In this document: piece by piece, positions 10,640 to 21,019 of the stretch
How the letters are laid out: the number at the start of each line of letters is the position of its first letter
Numbering within the stretch: position 1 is the first letter of the stretch
Source: Gammaproteobacteria bacterium
Lineage (GTDB): Bacteria > Pseudomonadota > Gammaproteobacteria > UBA4575
Assembly (NCBI GenBank): GCA_965222615.1
Contig: CBDCUI010000009.1
Location: 352,001-416,000, forward strand
Reading direction: 5' to 3'
Length of the DNA: 64,000 nt
The notes under the pieces: generated by a model
What the model was told of the DNA's origin: nothing
Database searches by the model: none
What the model saw: only the letters and a program-made list of their open reading frames with translations
Position numbers and translations under genes: made by a program

Positions 10640-11551
10640 CTATTTTGAACCTACTATGATTGGTAGCCCAGATTTATTTCTGGCCAGTCGGTTGGCAAGT
10701 TCCCAATTAACTTTATAGTCTTTGCTCGATTCAGTTGCGGCAATAATGGCTTGGACAAACTGGGTCAGATTCCGTGTATTTGAGCTTGACTCATCACCCT
10801 CGCTAGGGTGCATCTCTGCAAACAAATTGCCATGATGCCAAGCCAACTTATAAGGCTGATTAACAATGGCAACCCGTGTGTTAATGGAAACTCGATTAAA
10901 TAGGTCTTCAATATCATTTGGATGTAGGCGAATACAGCCATGGGTTACTTTCATACCGATTCCACGCGGCTCATTCGTGCCATGAATAAGATAACCGGGT
11001 AAGGCTAAACGCAAGGCATAGTCGCCTAAAGGATTATCAGGTCCTGGTGGCACTGAAGCAGGTAGTGGGTCGTTTTTCCCTTCATGTTCTTTGCGAATGG
11101 ACTCTGGTGGAAACCAGGTAGGTTTTTCTGATTTAGCAATAATCTTGGTGACATTATGCGGAGTATCCCAGCCTTCCCGTCCAATGCTAATAGGATACGT
11201 ATATACGTATGGAGATTTTCCACCTGGATAATAATACAAACGCATTTCCGCTAAATTAAGTACTAAGCCCTCACGCTTCGCATCAGGCAAAATGTAGCGA
11301 GTGGGGATAATCACTTGAGTACCTTCACCTGGTAACCAGGGATCAACATCTGGGTTAGCGATAACCAATTCTTGATAACCGACTTGAAAGCGTCTCGCGA
11401 GCCTAATAAAGGTATCATCGTCTTGAGCAGTAATAATGGTAGTTTGCCCAATAATGGGGGCTCCATTTACTGGCAAACGATAACGTTCGGCATAGACTTC
11501 GGGAATGAGTGCGATAAATGCTATACCAATCAAGCTTACTAGGCGTTGCAT
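10640..11551 (-). CDS. L,D-transpeptidase (ErfK/YbiS/YcfS family)
   Basis: VDPWLPG, NLAEMRLYY, PGPDNPLG, YLIHGT, HGCIRL. Confidence 0.95.
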   Translation of the reverse strand: MQRLVSLIGIAFIALIPEVYAERYRLPVNGAPIIGQTTIITAQDDDTFIRLARRFQVGYQELVIANPDVDPWLPGEGTQVIIPTRYILPDAKREGLVLNLAEMRLYYYPGGKSPYVYTYPISIGREGWDTPHNVTKIIAKSEKPTWFPPESIRKEHEGKNDPLPASVPPGPDNPLGDYALRLALPGYLIHGTNEPRGIGMKVTHGCIRLHPNDIEDLFNRVSINTRVAIVNQPYKLAWHHGNLFAEMHPSEGDESSSNTRNLTQFVQAIIAATESSKDYKVNWELANRLARNKSGLPIIVGSK

Positions 11552-11710
11552 AGAATTATTTGGATTGTCGCGTTAAATTAAAGCACTATTTTAAATGCAA
11601 AATTAATGCAGTCGCTAAGCATGAAATGTGGCTTAGATTAAAGCAAAATACATGTCATGGGCCACATTTCTTCGCCAACGCATCAACTAACAGACAGAAA
11701 GTAACGATTA

Positions 11711-12097
11711 ATGTTCACCAAAATCAATAAATTTTTAGGCTATTTATTACTCCTGACAGTATTTTCGTGTGCCTCGACTCCGCCGTCTCAGACGTTGCCA
11801 CACGCTGAGGTCGCTGTCACTAGTATCGACCACGCTAATTTTCAAAAATATACGAATGAAGATATAGCGGCGGCCAAAACTAAATTACAGCAGGCCCAGC
11901 ATGCTGCTGAAATTAAGGAGCATAGCCAAGCTGAGCAACTAGCACAGCAAATTCTTGTCGATGTTGAACTGATCAAAATTAAAACCCAGCGCCTAAGCCT
12001 AGAGCAGGATGTAAAAGATCTTGAGGATGAAATCGCCAATCTACACCAAGAGATTCAGTGGCGCGAACCGGTGCAACTCTCGCCACTAAATCAATAA
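11711..12097 (+). CDS. DUF4398-like lipoprotein
   Basis: Lipobox FSC, helical repeat; usual partner of the following OmpA-domain protein. Confidence 0.75.
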   Translation: MFTKINKFLGYLLLLTVFSCASTPPSQTLPHAEVAVTSIDHANFQKYTNEDIAAAKTKLQQAQHAAEIKEHSQAEQLAQQILVDVELIKIKTQRLSLEQDVKDLEDEIANLHQEIQWREPVQLSPLNQ

Positions 12098-12111
12098 CCA
12101 AATATCTACTT

Positions 12112-12921
12112 ATGTTAAAAATTATTATTCAGGGTTGCTTATTTTTTTTCATACTTAGTTGTGCGAGTACACCTAAGACCTACCCTGCTTTAGAAAAGGC
12201 AAGATCTTCGTTGCTTGCATTACAAAATGAAGCGCAGATAAAAGAGATCGCCTCAGTTACCTTGTTTCAGGCAGATGAACATTTAAAACATGCTGATCAG
12301 GCACTGCAAGCTAATGATCTTGCGATTACTGATCATCACATCTACCTCTCAAGCCGTAAACAAGAAATCGCGCGTGAACTATTATTAAAACATCGGCATG
12401 AGCAAGAATTGAATAATTTAAAACAACAACACCAAGAAATGATAAGCCATGCGCGCAATCTAGAAACTAAACGGGCTCAAAATGCGGCTACCGCAGCACA
12501 GCAACGTGCACAAAAGCTCGAACAAGTGCTGGGAGAATACCAAGCCGAAGAAACCAGCCGTGGGACTTTGCTAATTATTAATGATTTATTATTCGCTTCA
12601 GGTGGCACAAAACTCGAGGCAGAATCTGCAAATAGACTACAACCACTTTTACAGTATTTACTTAGTAACCCCAAACGCGAAATCATCATCGAGGGTCATA
12701 CCGATAGCGTCGGTCCTGCCAATGTCAACAAGCGTTTATCCCTGCAACGTGCAGAGATTGTTAAAGAATATCTAATGACGCATGGCATTGCAGAAAATCG
12801 TATCGAAGCACGTGGATTTGGCGAAGAAGTACCGGTTGCGACTAACACTACGAATGCAGGGAGAAAACTAAATCGTCGTGTAGAAATAGTGATAAAAACT
12901 TTAGTTCGAGAAGAAATTTAA
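12112..12921 (+). CDS. OmpA-family lipoprotein (DUF4398 plus OmpA C-terminal domain)
   Basis: Lipobox LSC; IEGHTDSVG, LSLQRA, NRRVEI; start moved from 12058 to ATG at 12112. Confidence 0.9.
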   Translation: MLKIIIQGCLFFFILSCASTPKTYPALEKARSSLLALQNEAQIKEIASVTLFQADEHLKHADQALQANDLAITDHHIYLSSRKQEIARELLLKHRHEQELNNLKQQHQEMISHARNLETKRAQNAATAAQQRAQKLEQVLGEYQAEETSRGTLLIINDLLFASGGTKLEAESANRLQPLLQYLLSNPKREIIIEGHTDSVGPANVNKRLSLQRAEIVKEYLMTHGIAENRIEARGFGEEVPVATNTTNAGRKLNRRVEIVIKTLVREEI

Positions 12922-13039
12922 CTGTAAAAGTTTAAGTTTATCAACCAGGCACTCTAAGACATGAGCCTAAACAGGCCAAGATTCAAAGGTATTGTTCTTC
13001 AATAGCACATCTTATATGCGCTTTACATCACGCTGAGAA

Positions 13040-13137
13040 GCGCAAGATATTTTCAGAGTAAGGCGAGCGGTGTTTAAGCGTAGCGAGTTTGCGATGCCGC
13101 TGGGATCATCAACGCAAGAGTAAGTGATGTTCTGCGC
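13040..13137. repeat. Degenerate palindromic intergenic element
   Basis: GCGCAAGATATT...GATGTTCTGCGC imperfect outer arms with internal AAGGCG...CAACGCA. Confidence 0.4.
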
Positions 13138-13410
13138 AATGGTTTTGGCAAGAATCGGCTATTTTATTGGAACGCAACTTCCATGATGCGAACTCTCTCT
13201 CGTACTTCCTTGTACTCGCTATTGCCGTAACAAAAGTACCTTGCTCTCAAGAGAACTTGTTGAGGAAGAGAACTGTAGTGGTGAGAGAGCGAAAACCGTA
13301 TACCGCTATCTCTTACGAGCACGAATTGGCTTCTCTTTATTTGCCATGAATTGTACTCGTCTCGATTGAATCGGTCGCTGTCTGTTAGATTAAATTCATG
13401 CTGATACAAT

Positions 13411-14760
13411 TTAACTTTTTGTTGCCAGTTCTATTCCACGCTCGGCCACATCAACTAACAACTTGATTTCCTCGTTGTTAATTACATAAGGTGGCATAAA
13501 ATATATTACATTCCCTAATGGTCGTAATAAGGCCTTATTTTTTAGGCCATATTTATACACCTCAAGTCCTCTGCGCTCTTGCCAAGGATAAGCTTCTTTA
13601 GTCGCCTTATCTTTTACTAATTCGATGGCCGTGATCATGCCTGTCTGTCGAACATCACCGACATGAGGATGATCCATAAAACGTTCACACTGTTGCGCAA
13701 ATTCCTTGCTCAATAGCTTATTAGCTTCAATGGTATTTTCTGTTTTAAAAATATTTAAGGTGGCAAGTGCTGCCGCACAGCCAAGCGGATTTCCGGTATA
13801 ACTATGTGAATGCAAAAATGCGGTTAAATTCTCATAGTCATCGTAAAAGGCCTCGTAGATCGTATCTGTGGTAAGTACAGCCGATAACGGCAGATAGCCC
13901 CCAGTAAGCCCTTTTGATAAACACATGAAATCCGGGCTAATAGCAGCTTGCTCACACGCAAACATGCTGCCGGTGCGACCAAAGCCGACGGCGATTTCAT
14001 CCGCAATTAGGTGAACGCCGTATTTAGAACAAGTCTCACGCAATAAAGTTAAATAGTTCGCCGCATACATACGCATATTGCCGGCACATTGCACCAATGG
14101 CTCGACAATAACGGCACAGACCTCATCTTTATGTTCCTGCAACGCTTGTTCCATATGTTCAAACATACGAGCTGCATAATCGGACTCATTCTCACCTTGC
14201 TCACGATTAAAGCTATCTGGGCTCGGTACCGTAATAACATCCAGCATTAAGGGTTCATAGACTTCTTTATAAAGTGCAACATCACCTAGAGAAAGTGCCC
14301 CAATCGTTTCACCATGATATGAATTACTGAGGTTAATAAATTTAGTTTTATTGGGTCGACCAATATTCTTCCAATAGTGAAAACTCATCTTCAATGCCAC
14401 TTCTACAGCAGAAGATCCATTATCTGCATAAAAACATTTCGTTAATGGCTGAGGTGTGATGTCAATCAACTGTTCAGATAAAGTAATGGCGGCTTGATGT
14501 GAGAATCCAGCAAGTAACACATGCTCAACACAGTCAAGTTGTTGCTTGATTGCAGAACTAATCACTTCATTTCCATGCCCAAATAAATTGACCCACCAAG
14601 AACTAATCGCATCGATGTATCGGTTGCCACTAAAGTCTTCAAGCCATACTCCTTTAGCTTTCTTAATAGGTATCATGGGTAAAAACTCATGATCTTTCAT
14701 TTGGGTACATGGATGCCAAATCGCAGTAAGGTCTCTTTGTATTAAATCAGTAGTATTCAT
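13411..14760 (-). CDS. bioA: Adenosylmethionine-8-amino-7-oxononanoate aminotransferase
   Basis: IWHPCTQM, DAISSWW, DNGSSAVEVALK, DEIAVGFGRTG, SKGLTGG, LRPLGN. Confidence 0.96.
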   Translation of the reverse strand: MNTTDLIQRDLTAIWHPCTQMKDHEFLPMIPIKKAKGVWLEDFSGNRYIDAISSWWVNLFGHGNEVISSAIKQQLDCVEHVLLAGFSHQAAITLSEQLIDITPQPLTKCFYADNGSSAVEVALKMSFHYWKNIGRPNKTKFINLSNSYHGETIGALSLGDVALYKEVYEPLMLDVITVPSPDSFNREQGENESDYAARMFEHMEQALQEHKDEVCAVIVEPLVQCAGNMRMYAANYLTLLRETCSKYGVHLIADEIAVGFGRTGSMFACEQAAISPDFMCLSKGLTGGYLPLSAVLTTDTIYEAFYDDYENLTAFLHSHSYTGNPLGCAAALATLNIFKTENTIEANKLLSKEFAQQCERFMDHPHVGDVRQTGMITAIELVKDKATKEAYPWQERRGLEVYKYGLKNKALLRPLGNVIYFMPPYVINNEEIKLLVDVAERGIELATKS

Positions 14761-14803
14761 AGGTTGGTTTAATTGTTGGGTTTCTTTCGTGCTACTCTAA
14801 CTT

Positions 14804-15940
14804 ATGCATTCAAATTGGGCACATGAATTTCCTTTACAAAATGGGTTGATCCATCTTAATCATGCCGGAGTAAGTCCGTGGCCAAAATGTACCGCCAAGG
14901 CCGTAACAGAATTTGCACAAGAAAATGCTCAAAACGGTACACGAAATATTTCTAAATGGGAGCAGATTGAATTCGAATTACGATGTCATTGTCAAAAACT
15001 TATTAATGCTCAGCATCCTGAAGATATCGCCTTTATTAAAAATACTTCTGAAGGTCTATCAATAGTTGCCTATGGTATAGCTTGGCAAGCGGGTGACAAT
15101 ATCGTATATGCGCAACAAGAATTTCCTTCCAATCGAATTGTATGGGAGTCACTGCCCGATCGTTTCGACGTCGAAGCTCGTGGGGTGGATATCAACCAAT
15201 ATGCAACACCCGAGGATGCTTTATTTAGTCAAGTAGATAAACATACACGACTAATCTCAGTTAGTTCTGTGCAATTTGCCAATGGCCTGCGTATGGATCT
15301 AGCAAGACTAAGTGGATTCTGTAGTGAAAAAAATATCCTGCTGTGCCTAGATGCCATTCAACAACTTGGCGCAATTCCCTTTGATTTAGCCGCAACACCA
15401 GCTGATTTTGTGATTGCCGATGGGCATAAATGGCTTTTAGCTCCGGAAGGAATTGGCCTATTTTATTGCAACCCTCAAATTAGAGAACAATTGCGTTTAA
15501 ATCAATTTGGCTGGCACATGATGGACCCGCTAAATAATTATGAAACCCAGGACTGGTGCCCTACTCATGATGCACGCCGCTTTGAATGTGGAAGCCAAAA
15601 CAACCTTGGTATCCATGCCATGCACGCCAGCTTGAGCTTAATTTTAGGAATCGGTGTCGAACATATATATGATAAAATTTCTAGAAATATTTCATATCTA
15701 ATTGAAAAATATAAAGAACTAAATGTAGATATTCTCTCCAATTTGGAGCTGGGGCGCAGATCGGGCATTATTACTCTACACTTCAAAGATATCGACAATC
15801 ATCAATTATTTAAGCATCTCATTCATACAAACGTATTATGTGCATACCGAAACCAAGGCATACGCTTTTCGCCGCATTTTTATACAGAGACCGATGCAAT
15901 CGATGAGACCATTAACCGGGTCCATACATTTAAGCAATGA
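14804..15940 (+). CDS. Class V PLP-dependent aminotransferase / cysteine desulfurase-like
   Basis: LNHAGVSP, LDAIQ, DGHKWLLAPEG, RFSPHFY. Confidence 0.9.
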   Translation: MHSNWAHEFPLQNGLIHLNHAGVSPWPKCTAKAVTEFAQENAQNGTRNISKWEQIEFELRCHCQKLINAQHPEDIAFIKNTSEGLSIVAYGIAWQAGDNIVYAQQEFPSNRIVWESLPDRFDVEARGVDINQYATPEDALFSQVDKHTRLISVSSVQFANGLRMDLARLSGFCSEKNILLCLDAIQQLGAIPFDLAATPADFVIADGHKWLLAPEGIGLFYCNPQIREQLRLNQFGWHMMDPLNNYETQDWCPTHDARRFECGSQNNLGIHAMHASLSLILGIGVEHIYDKISRNISYLIEKYKELNVDILSNLELGRRSGIITLHFKDIDNHQLFKHLIHTNVLCAYRNQGIRFSPHFYTETDAIDETINRVHTFKQ

Positions 15941-16037
15941 ACTTAGCATCACGCTTTGAATTAACTAAACCCAATGCAAATAAAGATTCTAGATTGAAGA
16001 TTACGTACATTTATCATCTATTTCATAAATACTGACC

Positions 16038-17324
16038 ATGGCTACTAACGCTGTATATATCGTTGACGGTAGCCGCTCACCTTTTCTCAAGGCTCGCGGT
16101 CGACCTGGCCCCTTTCAAGCCTCTGATTTAGCAGTGAGCTCTGCTCAGCCACTGCTGATGCGACAATCTTTTGCTCCGCAAGAATTGGATGAAGTCATTG
16201 TTGGCTGTGTGGGACCGAGCGCTGATGAAGTGAATATCGCACGTGTTATTAGCTTACGTTTGCGCTGTGGTGACAAAGTACCTGCATGGACTGTACAGCG
16301 AAACTGTGCTTCTGGAATGCAAGCCATCGACTCGGCCTTTACAAATATTTTGCTCGGTAAATCCAATATGGTGTTGGCAGGCGGCACCGAAGCCATGAGC
16401 CACTCCCCTGTTTTATACAATCACCATATGGTGAATTGGCTTGCCGATTTAAATCGCGCTAAAGCACCACTACAAAAGATACAAACGGTTGCCAAGCTTC
16501 GACCTAAGTTTTTTGTTCCAGTAATCGGCTTATTAAAAGGCTTAACAGACCCAGTAGTCGGGTTATCCATGGGACAAACTGCAGAAAACTTAGCCCATAA
16601 ATTTAAGATTTCCCGGACTGAAATGGACAGTTATGCAGTGGATAGCCATTTACGTCTAGTGCACGCCCAAGAGCAAGGCTATTTAGATGAAATCGAAACT
16701 GTGTACGACAACCAAGGCAAACTCTACAACTTTGACGATGGTGTTCGTCCTGATTCTAGTATCGAAAAACTTGCAAAATTGCGTCCTGTGTTTGATAAAA
16801 CGTTTGGCAATGTTACTGCAGGTAACAGTGCACAAGTAACTGATGGTGCCGCCTGGGTAATCTTGGCGAGTGAAGCTGCAGTTAAAAAACACAAACTTGA
16901 AGTCATGGGACGACTCATTGCTTCAAACTGGGCTGCACTAGACCCTAGACAGATGGGTTTAGGCCCAGTACACGCAACGGTTCCCATGTTGCAACAACAA
17001 AAATTAAACATGGATGACATAGATTATTGGGAACTCAATGAAGCATTTGCAGCTCAAGTTCTCGCCTGTCTCGCCGCTTGGAAAGATGACAATTACTGCC
17101 AGTCAGAATTAGGTCTCGATAAGGCCTTTGGTGAGGTCTCTCATGAACAACTCAATGTGGATGGTGGAGCCATCGCGCTTGGACACCCCGTGGGGGCCAG
17201 TGGTACTCGAATTGTCCATCATCTATTAAAAGTATTACAACGCAATAAGGCCAAGCTTGGCGTAGCCACAATTTGTATCGGTGGTGGACAAGGCGGTGCA
17301 GTATTGGTTGAAAACCTTCAATAG
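16038..17324 (+). CDS. fadI: Acetyl-CoA C-acyltransferase (thiolase, FadI-like)
   Basis: NCASG, NEAFAAQ, GHPVGASG, CIGGGQG. Confidence 0.9.
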   Translation: MATNAVYIVDGSRSPFLKARGRPGPFQASDLAVSSAQPLLMRQSFAPQELDEVIVGCVGPSADEVNIARVISLRLRCGDKVPAWTVQRNCASGMQAIDSAFTNILLGKSNMVLAGGTEAMSHSPVLYNHHMVNWLADLNRAKAPLQKIQTVAKLRPKFFVPVIGLLKGLTDPVVGLSMGQTAENLAHKFKISRTEMDSYAVDSHLRLVHAQEQGYLDEIETVYDNQGKLYNFDDGVRPDSSIEKLAKLRPVFDKTFGNVTAGNSAQVTDGAAWVILASEAAVKKHKLEVMGRLIASNWAALDPRQMGLGPVHATVPMLQQQKLNMDDIDYWELNEAFAAQVLACLAAWKDDNYCQSELGLDKAFGEVSHEQLNVDGGAIALGHPVGASGTRIVHHLLKVLQRNKAKLGVATICIGGGQGGAVLVENLQ

Positions 17325-17344
17325 CACGATCTTAAAAAATATAA

Positions 17345-19378
17345 ATGTCTGCAGATACTTACCAAAACTGGAATGTAGAACAAGACTCAGACAATATTGT
17401 TTGGCTCAAAATTGATGTGCAAGGCAGTAACACCAATGTGTTATCCACTGACGTCTTTGCTGAGTTTCAGCAGATATTAACGCAGTTAGCACAAAACCTA
17501 CCTGCTGGAGTAGCAATTATATCGGCTAAACCAAAAGGCTTTATTGCCGGAGCTGATGTAAAAGAATTCACCCAAATTACAACGCAACAACAAGCGTTAG
17601 AAAAGGTGCAGTTTGGTCAAAGTGTATTCGATCAACTTGACCAACTGCAATGTCCTACGATTGCTGTCATAAACGGATTTTGCATGGGAGGGGGGCTAGA
17701 GCTGTCCTTAGCCTGCGACTACCGAATTGCATTAGATGATCCCAGCACTCGCATTTCTTTACCTGAAATTCGTTTAGGCATTCATCCCGGCTATGGAGGC
17801 ACGGTACGTATTTTGCGTTATGTAAATCCACTGGTGGCTATGGATTTAATGTTAACAGGTCGTAGTGTAGACCCCCGACGTGCAGTAAAAATCGGCTTAA
17901 TCGATCACACCGTGGCCAAACGACATCTCATCAATGCCGCAAAAAAGTTACTCCTCGACAAACCGGTAAAAAGTAAAACACCAGCAATACATAAATTGCT
18001 GAACAGCGCGGCAGCGCGCCCTCTAATTGCTATGCAAATGCGCAAACAAGTAGCTAAAAAGGCCTCACCTGAACACTACCCTGCCCCTTATGCATTAATC
18101 GATCATTGGGTTAAAAATTACGGCTCTGAAAAGAAAATGCTGCAAGAAGAAGCACGTTCAGTTGCTGAACTTAGTATGACGAATACAACAAAAAACTTAG
18201 TACGCGTGTTTTTGTTACAAAATGAATTAAAAGCGCTAGCAGATAGCAATTCATCCAAAGTAGAACATGTGCACATCATTGGAGCTGGCGTAATGGGTGG
18301 TGACATCGCCACTTGGTGCGTAACCCAGGGATTGACTGTTACTTTGCAAGACCTCAAGGAAGAAAGTTTAGCCAATGCTAAATCACGCGCTTATAAGTAT
18401 TTTAAGAAAAGATTAAAAGACCGAATCTTGATCAAATCGGCAATGGACCGATTTATTCTAGATGTACATGGCAATGGCTTGAAGCAAGCAGACGTAATCA
18501 TCGAAGCTATTTTTGAGAATAAAAAAGTCAAACGAGAATTATATGCTTCTATCGAACCAGTAATTAAGCAAGACGCACTCTTAGCAACGAATACTTCCAG
18601 CATTGAAATCGAACAGCTATGTGATGCCGTTTCAGATCCGACGCGTTTAGTTGGGCTACATTTTTTTAATCCAGTAGTAAAAATGCCTTTGATCGAAATT
18701 GTTACTGGCGCACAAACTGATCCTCAAATTTCACAACGTGCGATAAATTTTGCCAAACAGATTGGTAAATTACCTTTACCGACTAAAAGCTCACCTGGAT
18801 TTTTGGTCAACAGGATACTAACTCCATATATGGTAGAAGCCGGTTTACTTAAAGAAGCTGGTACTTCAATTACTGACATTGATCGTGCTGCTACACGCTT
18901 CGGCATGCCGATGGGTCCTGTCGAACTGGCAGATACGGTAGGGCTAGATGTGGGGCTGCATGTTGCTGAATTATTGAGCAGTGTCTATGACTATAATATC
19001 CCTAGTTCATTTAAAAATATGGTGGAATCTGGAAACCTTGGCAAAAAAACCGGTAAAGGCTTTTATACTTGGAAAAAAGGTAAAAAAGTTAAACCGAAGT
19101 CTTCTAAGTCTAATAACCAGGATGAATCAATACAAAATAGACTTATATTGCGATTTTTAAATGAAGCCGTTGCCTGTTTACGAGAAAAAGTAGTAGCAGA
19201 CAAAGACCTTCTCGATGCTGGCGTGATTTTTGGTACGGGTTTTGCCCCTTTCCGAGGTGGCCCAATAAACTATATTGAAACGACTGGAGCTGCAGCGCTA
19301 TTAAAAACTTTAAATGCCTTACACGAGCAATTTGGAGAACGTTTTAAGCCAGATAGTGAGTGGCAAAACCTTTCTTAA
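17345..19378 (+). CDS. fadJ: Fatty acid oxidation complex alpha subunit (enoyl-CoA hydratase/3-hydroxyacyl-CoA dehydrogenase)
   Basis: AGADV, GGGLE, LPE, GAGVMG, NTSS, HFFNP, PMGP. Confidence 0.92.
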   Translation: MSADTYQNWNVEQDSDNIVWLKIDVQGSNTNVLSTDVFAEFQQILTQLAQNLPAGVAIISAKPKGFIAGADVKEFTQITTQQQALEKVQFGQSVFDQLDQLQCPTIAVINGFCMGGGLELSLACDYRIALDDPSTRISLPEIRLGIHPGYGGTVRILRYVNPLVAMDLMLTGRSVDPRRAVKIGLIDHTVAKRHLINAAKKLLLDKPVKSKTPAIHKLLNSAAARPLIAMQMRKQVAKKASPEHYPAPYALIDHWVKNYGSEKKMLQEEARSVAELSMTNTTKNLVRVFLLQNELKALADSNSSKVEHVHIIGAGVMGGDIATWCVTQGLTVTLQDLKEESLANAKSRAYKYFKKRLKDRILIKSAMDRFILDVHGNGLKQADVIIEAIFENKKVKRELYASIEPVIKQDALLATNTSSIEIEQLCDAVSDPTRLVGLHFFNPVVKMPLIEIVTGAQTDPQISQRAINFAKQIGKLPLPTKSSPGFLVNRILTPYMVEAGLLKEAGTSITDIDRAATRFGMPMGPVELADTVGLDVGLHVAELLSSVYDYNIPSSFKNMVESGNLGKKTGKGFYTWKKGKKVKPKSSKSNNQDESIQNRLILRFLNEAVACLREKVVADKDLLDAGVIFGTGFAPFRGGPINYIETTGAAALLKTLNALHEQFGERFKPDSEWQNLS

Positions 19379-19629
19379 TAAACTGTAATTAACGCTATTT
19401 TCACGCCTTCGACCGTTATGTAAATCGTGCGCCTGTGCACATTTTCAATAGTGATAAGTAATTTAAATATAGCCTCTAATATATTGATATATATGGATAA
19501 AATATTGTCAATACAATGGCAAAGTCCAAAATAGTGCTTTCCTTCCTAGGTACTGTCTTATAAAGTGGCCACACACAATTTGGTAGATTCAACTACCGAA
19601 TAATCCTAAAAACTATCAGGAGGATGCAT

Positions 19630-19887
19630 ATGGAAGCACTCATGCCATTGATCTATCAGATCATTACTGGTGCCATAGGTGGAAATATAATCGGAGCCCT
19701 TGTCAAAAAAATCAGCCTAGGCGTTCTTGGTAACACAATAGCTGGACTAGTCGGTGGCGGTCTAGGTGGACAATTATTGGGAGGTTTATTAGGCGGTGGC
19801 TTAGGTGGCGATATTGCTGCAGCTGGTGCTGGTGGCGGTATCCTAATGCTAATCGTCGGACTCATTAAAAACGCAATGTCTCGATAA
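19630..19887 (+). CDS. Small glycine-rich membrane protein
   Basis: Gly-zipper-like hydrophobic ORF with RBS AGGAGG and a downstream terminator. Confidence 0.8.
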   Translation: MEALMPLIYQIITGAIGGNIIGALVKKISLGVLGNTIAGLVGGGLGGQLLGGLLGGGLGGDIAAAGAGGGILMLIVGLIKNAMSR

Positions 19888-19896
19888 ACTTATTAG

Positions 19897-19934
19897 GTGA
19901 GGCGTTTACACATTTTGTAAGCGCCTTACTTTTT
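19897..19934 (+). terminator. Intrinsic terminator
   Basis: GTGAGGCGTTTACA-cattt-TGTAAGCGCCTTAC followed by TTTTT. Confidence 0.7.
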
Positions 19935-20085
19935 ATTTGTACTTACACAAGCATAAGAGGCAAGAATTTTTTCTCCTGACCTTTCCAAAAGTACATTTTA
20001 CAGTACTCAGTGCATGACTAAGTAACATTTAGTCATAGCGAGGATTCGCTAACCACTTGTTAGCTCTTACAAATCACAACTCCTA

Positions 20086-20346
20086 TTATCGTCGACTTCT
20101 CTCTGGGCGTGGGCGTGCTTCGTTAACCCTTACATTACGCCCTTGCACATCGGATTCATTAAGCGCATTGATGGCGCTCTCCGCTTGAGACTTATCGGGC
20201 ATCTCGACAAAACCAAAGCCTTTAGAACGACCTGAGTCCCTATCTTTGATGATGTTTGCACTAGACACTTCGCCATGCGTTGCAAATAAATCACGTAGAT
20301 CGTCTTCAGATATGTTGTAAGGTAAATTACCAATATAAATGTTCAT
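20086..20346 (-). CDS. RRM (RNP-1) RNA-binding protein
   Basis: IYIGNL (RNP2) and KGFGFVEM (RNP1); start set at the ATG after RBS AGGAG. Confidence 0.95.
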   Translation of the reverse strand: MNIYIGNLPYNISEDDLRDLFATHGEVSSANIIKDRDSGRSKGFGFVEMPDKSQAESAINALNESDVQGRNVRVNEARPRPERSRR

Positions 20347-20745
20347 TATTTCTCCTAACAATATGTGTTGCTTAAAGACACTTACCGAATAATCAACACA
20401 CAAATTAAACGATAGTGGCGGGTCATTATCAGACTCAATCTGGTCTACTCAACAAAAATCGTGCAGCTAATCTAAATAACAAAGACTCTAAAGAATCAAT
20501 TTATAACTTAGTGGGACTTTTGAGGTAGATATATGAATAAAGACGGAATGGGTTTTAATGTTCTATTAAAACCACTTTATGACCTTGCAAAAACTGGATA
20601 CCATTTCAGGATATCTCTATATATTATTTTTTTATTAATTTTAATCGAGCAAATATTAATCAACATAGAAATAATGCACCAAAACCTTAATAGTGTCTAT
20701 ATATTTCTACAAATAATCTATTCCACTAGACCTAGAATTACATAA

Positions 20746-21012
20746 GGGGCATCCTGATTTATCAGCCAAAGCGGCTAGTGACTGGGACGAGGCAAAAAAT
20801 GTCGAGATAGATCTGCCGGGAGCAGATTTGGGAAGCCCTACTGGCCGTAGGGCGAGTACCAGGAAGGTGCGACTCAAAACGGAATCCAGCCACTAAATTA
20901 AAATTGTTCATTTGTTTTGCAGATATAACCCATCATTTAGTAGCTGGATGAGTATTTTGAGACATTTTTCTCAACTATTATTAGGGACGTATCAGAATAA
21001 ACTAGGGCTTCC
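20746..21012. mobile_element. MITE copy A, with an extra internal segment
   Basis: Left end GGGGCATCCTGATTTATC...GACGAGGCAAAAAATGTCGA and right end ATGAGTATTTTGAGACATTTTT...ATAAACTAGGGCTTCC align with the two halves of the 48455-48596 element. Confidence 0.7.
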
Positions 21013-21019
21013 CGAAGTA

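Noticed and set aside
13164-13409. 81-aa and 60-aa ORFs downstream of bioA
   Set aside because: No RBS or family signal; the region is better explained by hairpin or repeat sequence
20533-20745. 70-aa ORF before MITE A
   Set aside because: Very AT-rich, low-complexity translation; likely a chance ORF in a promoter region
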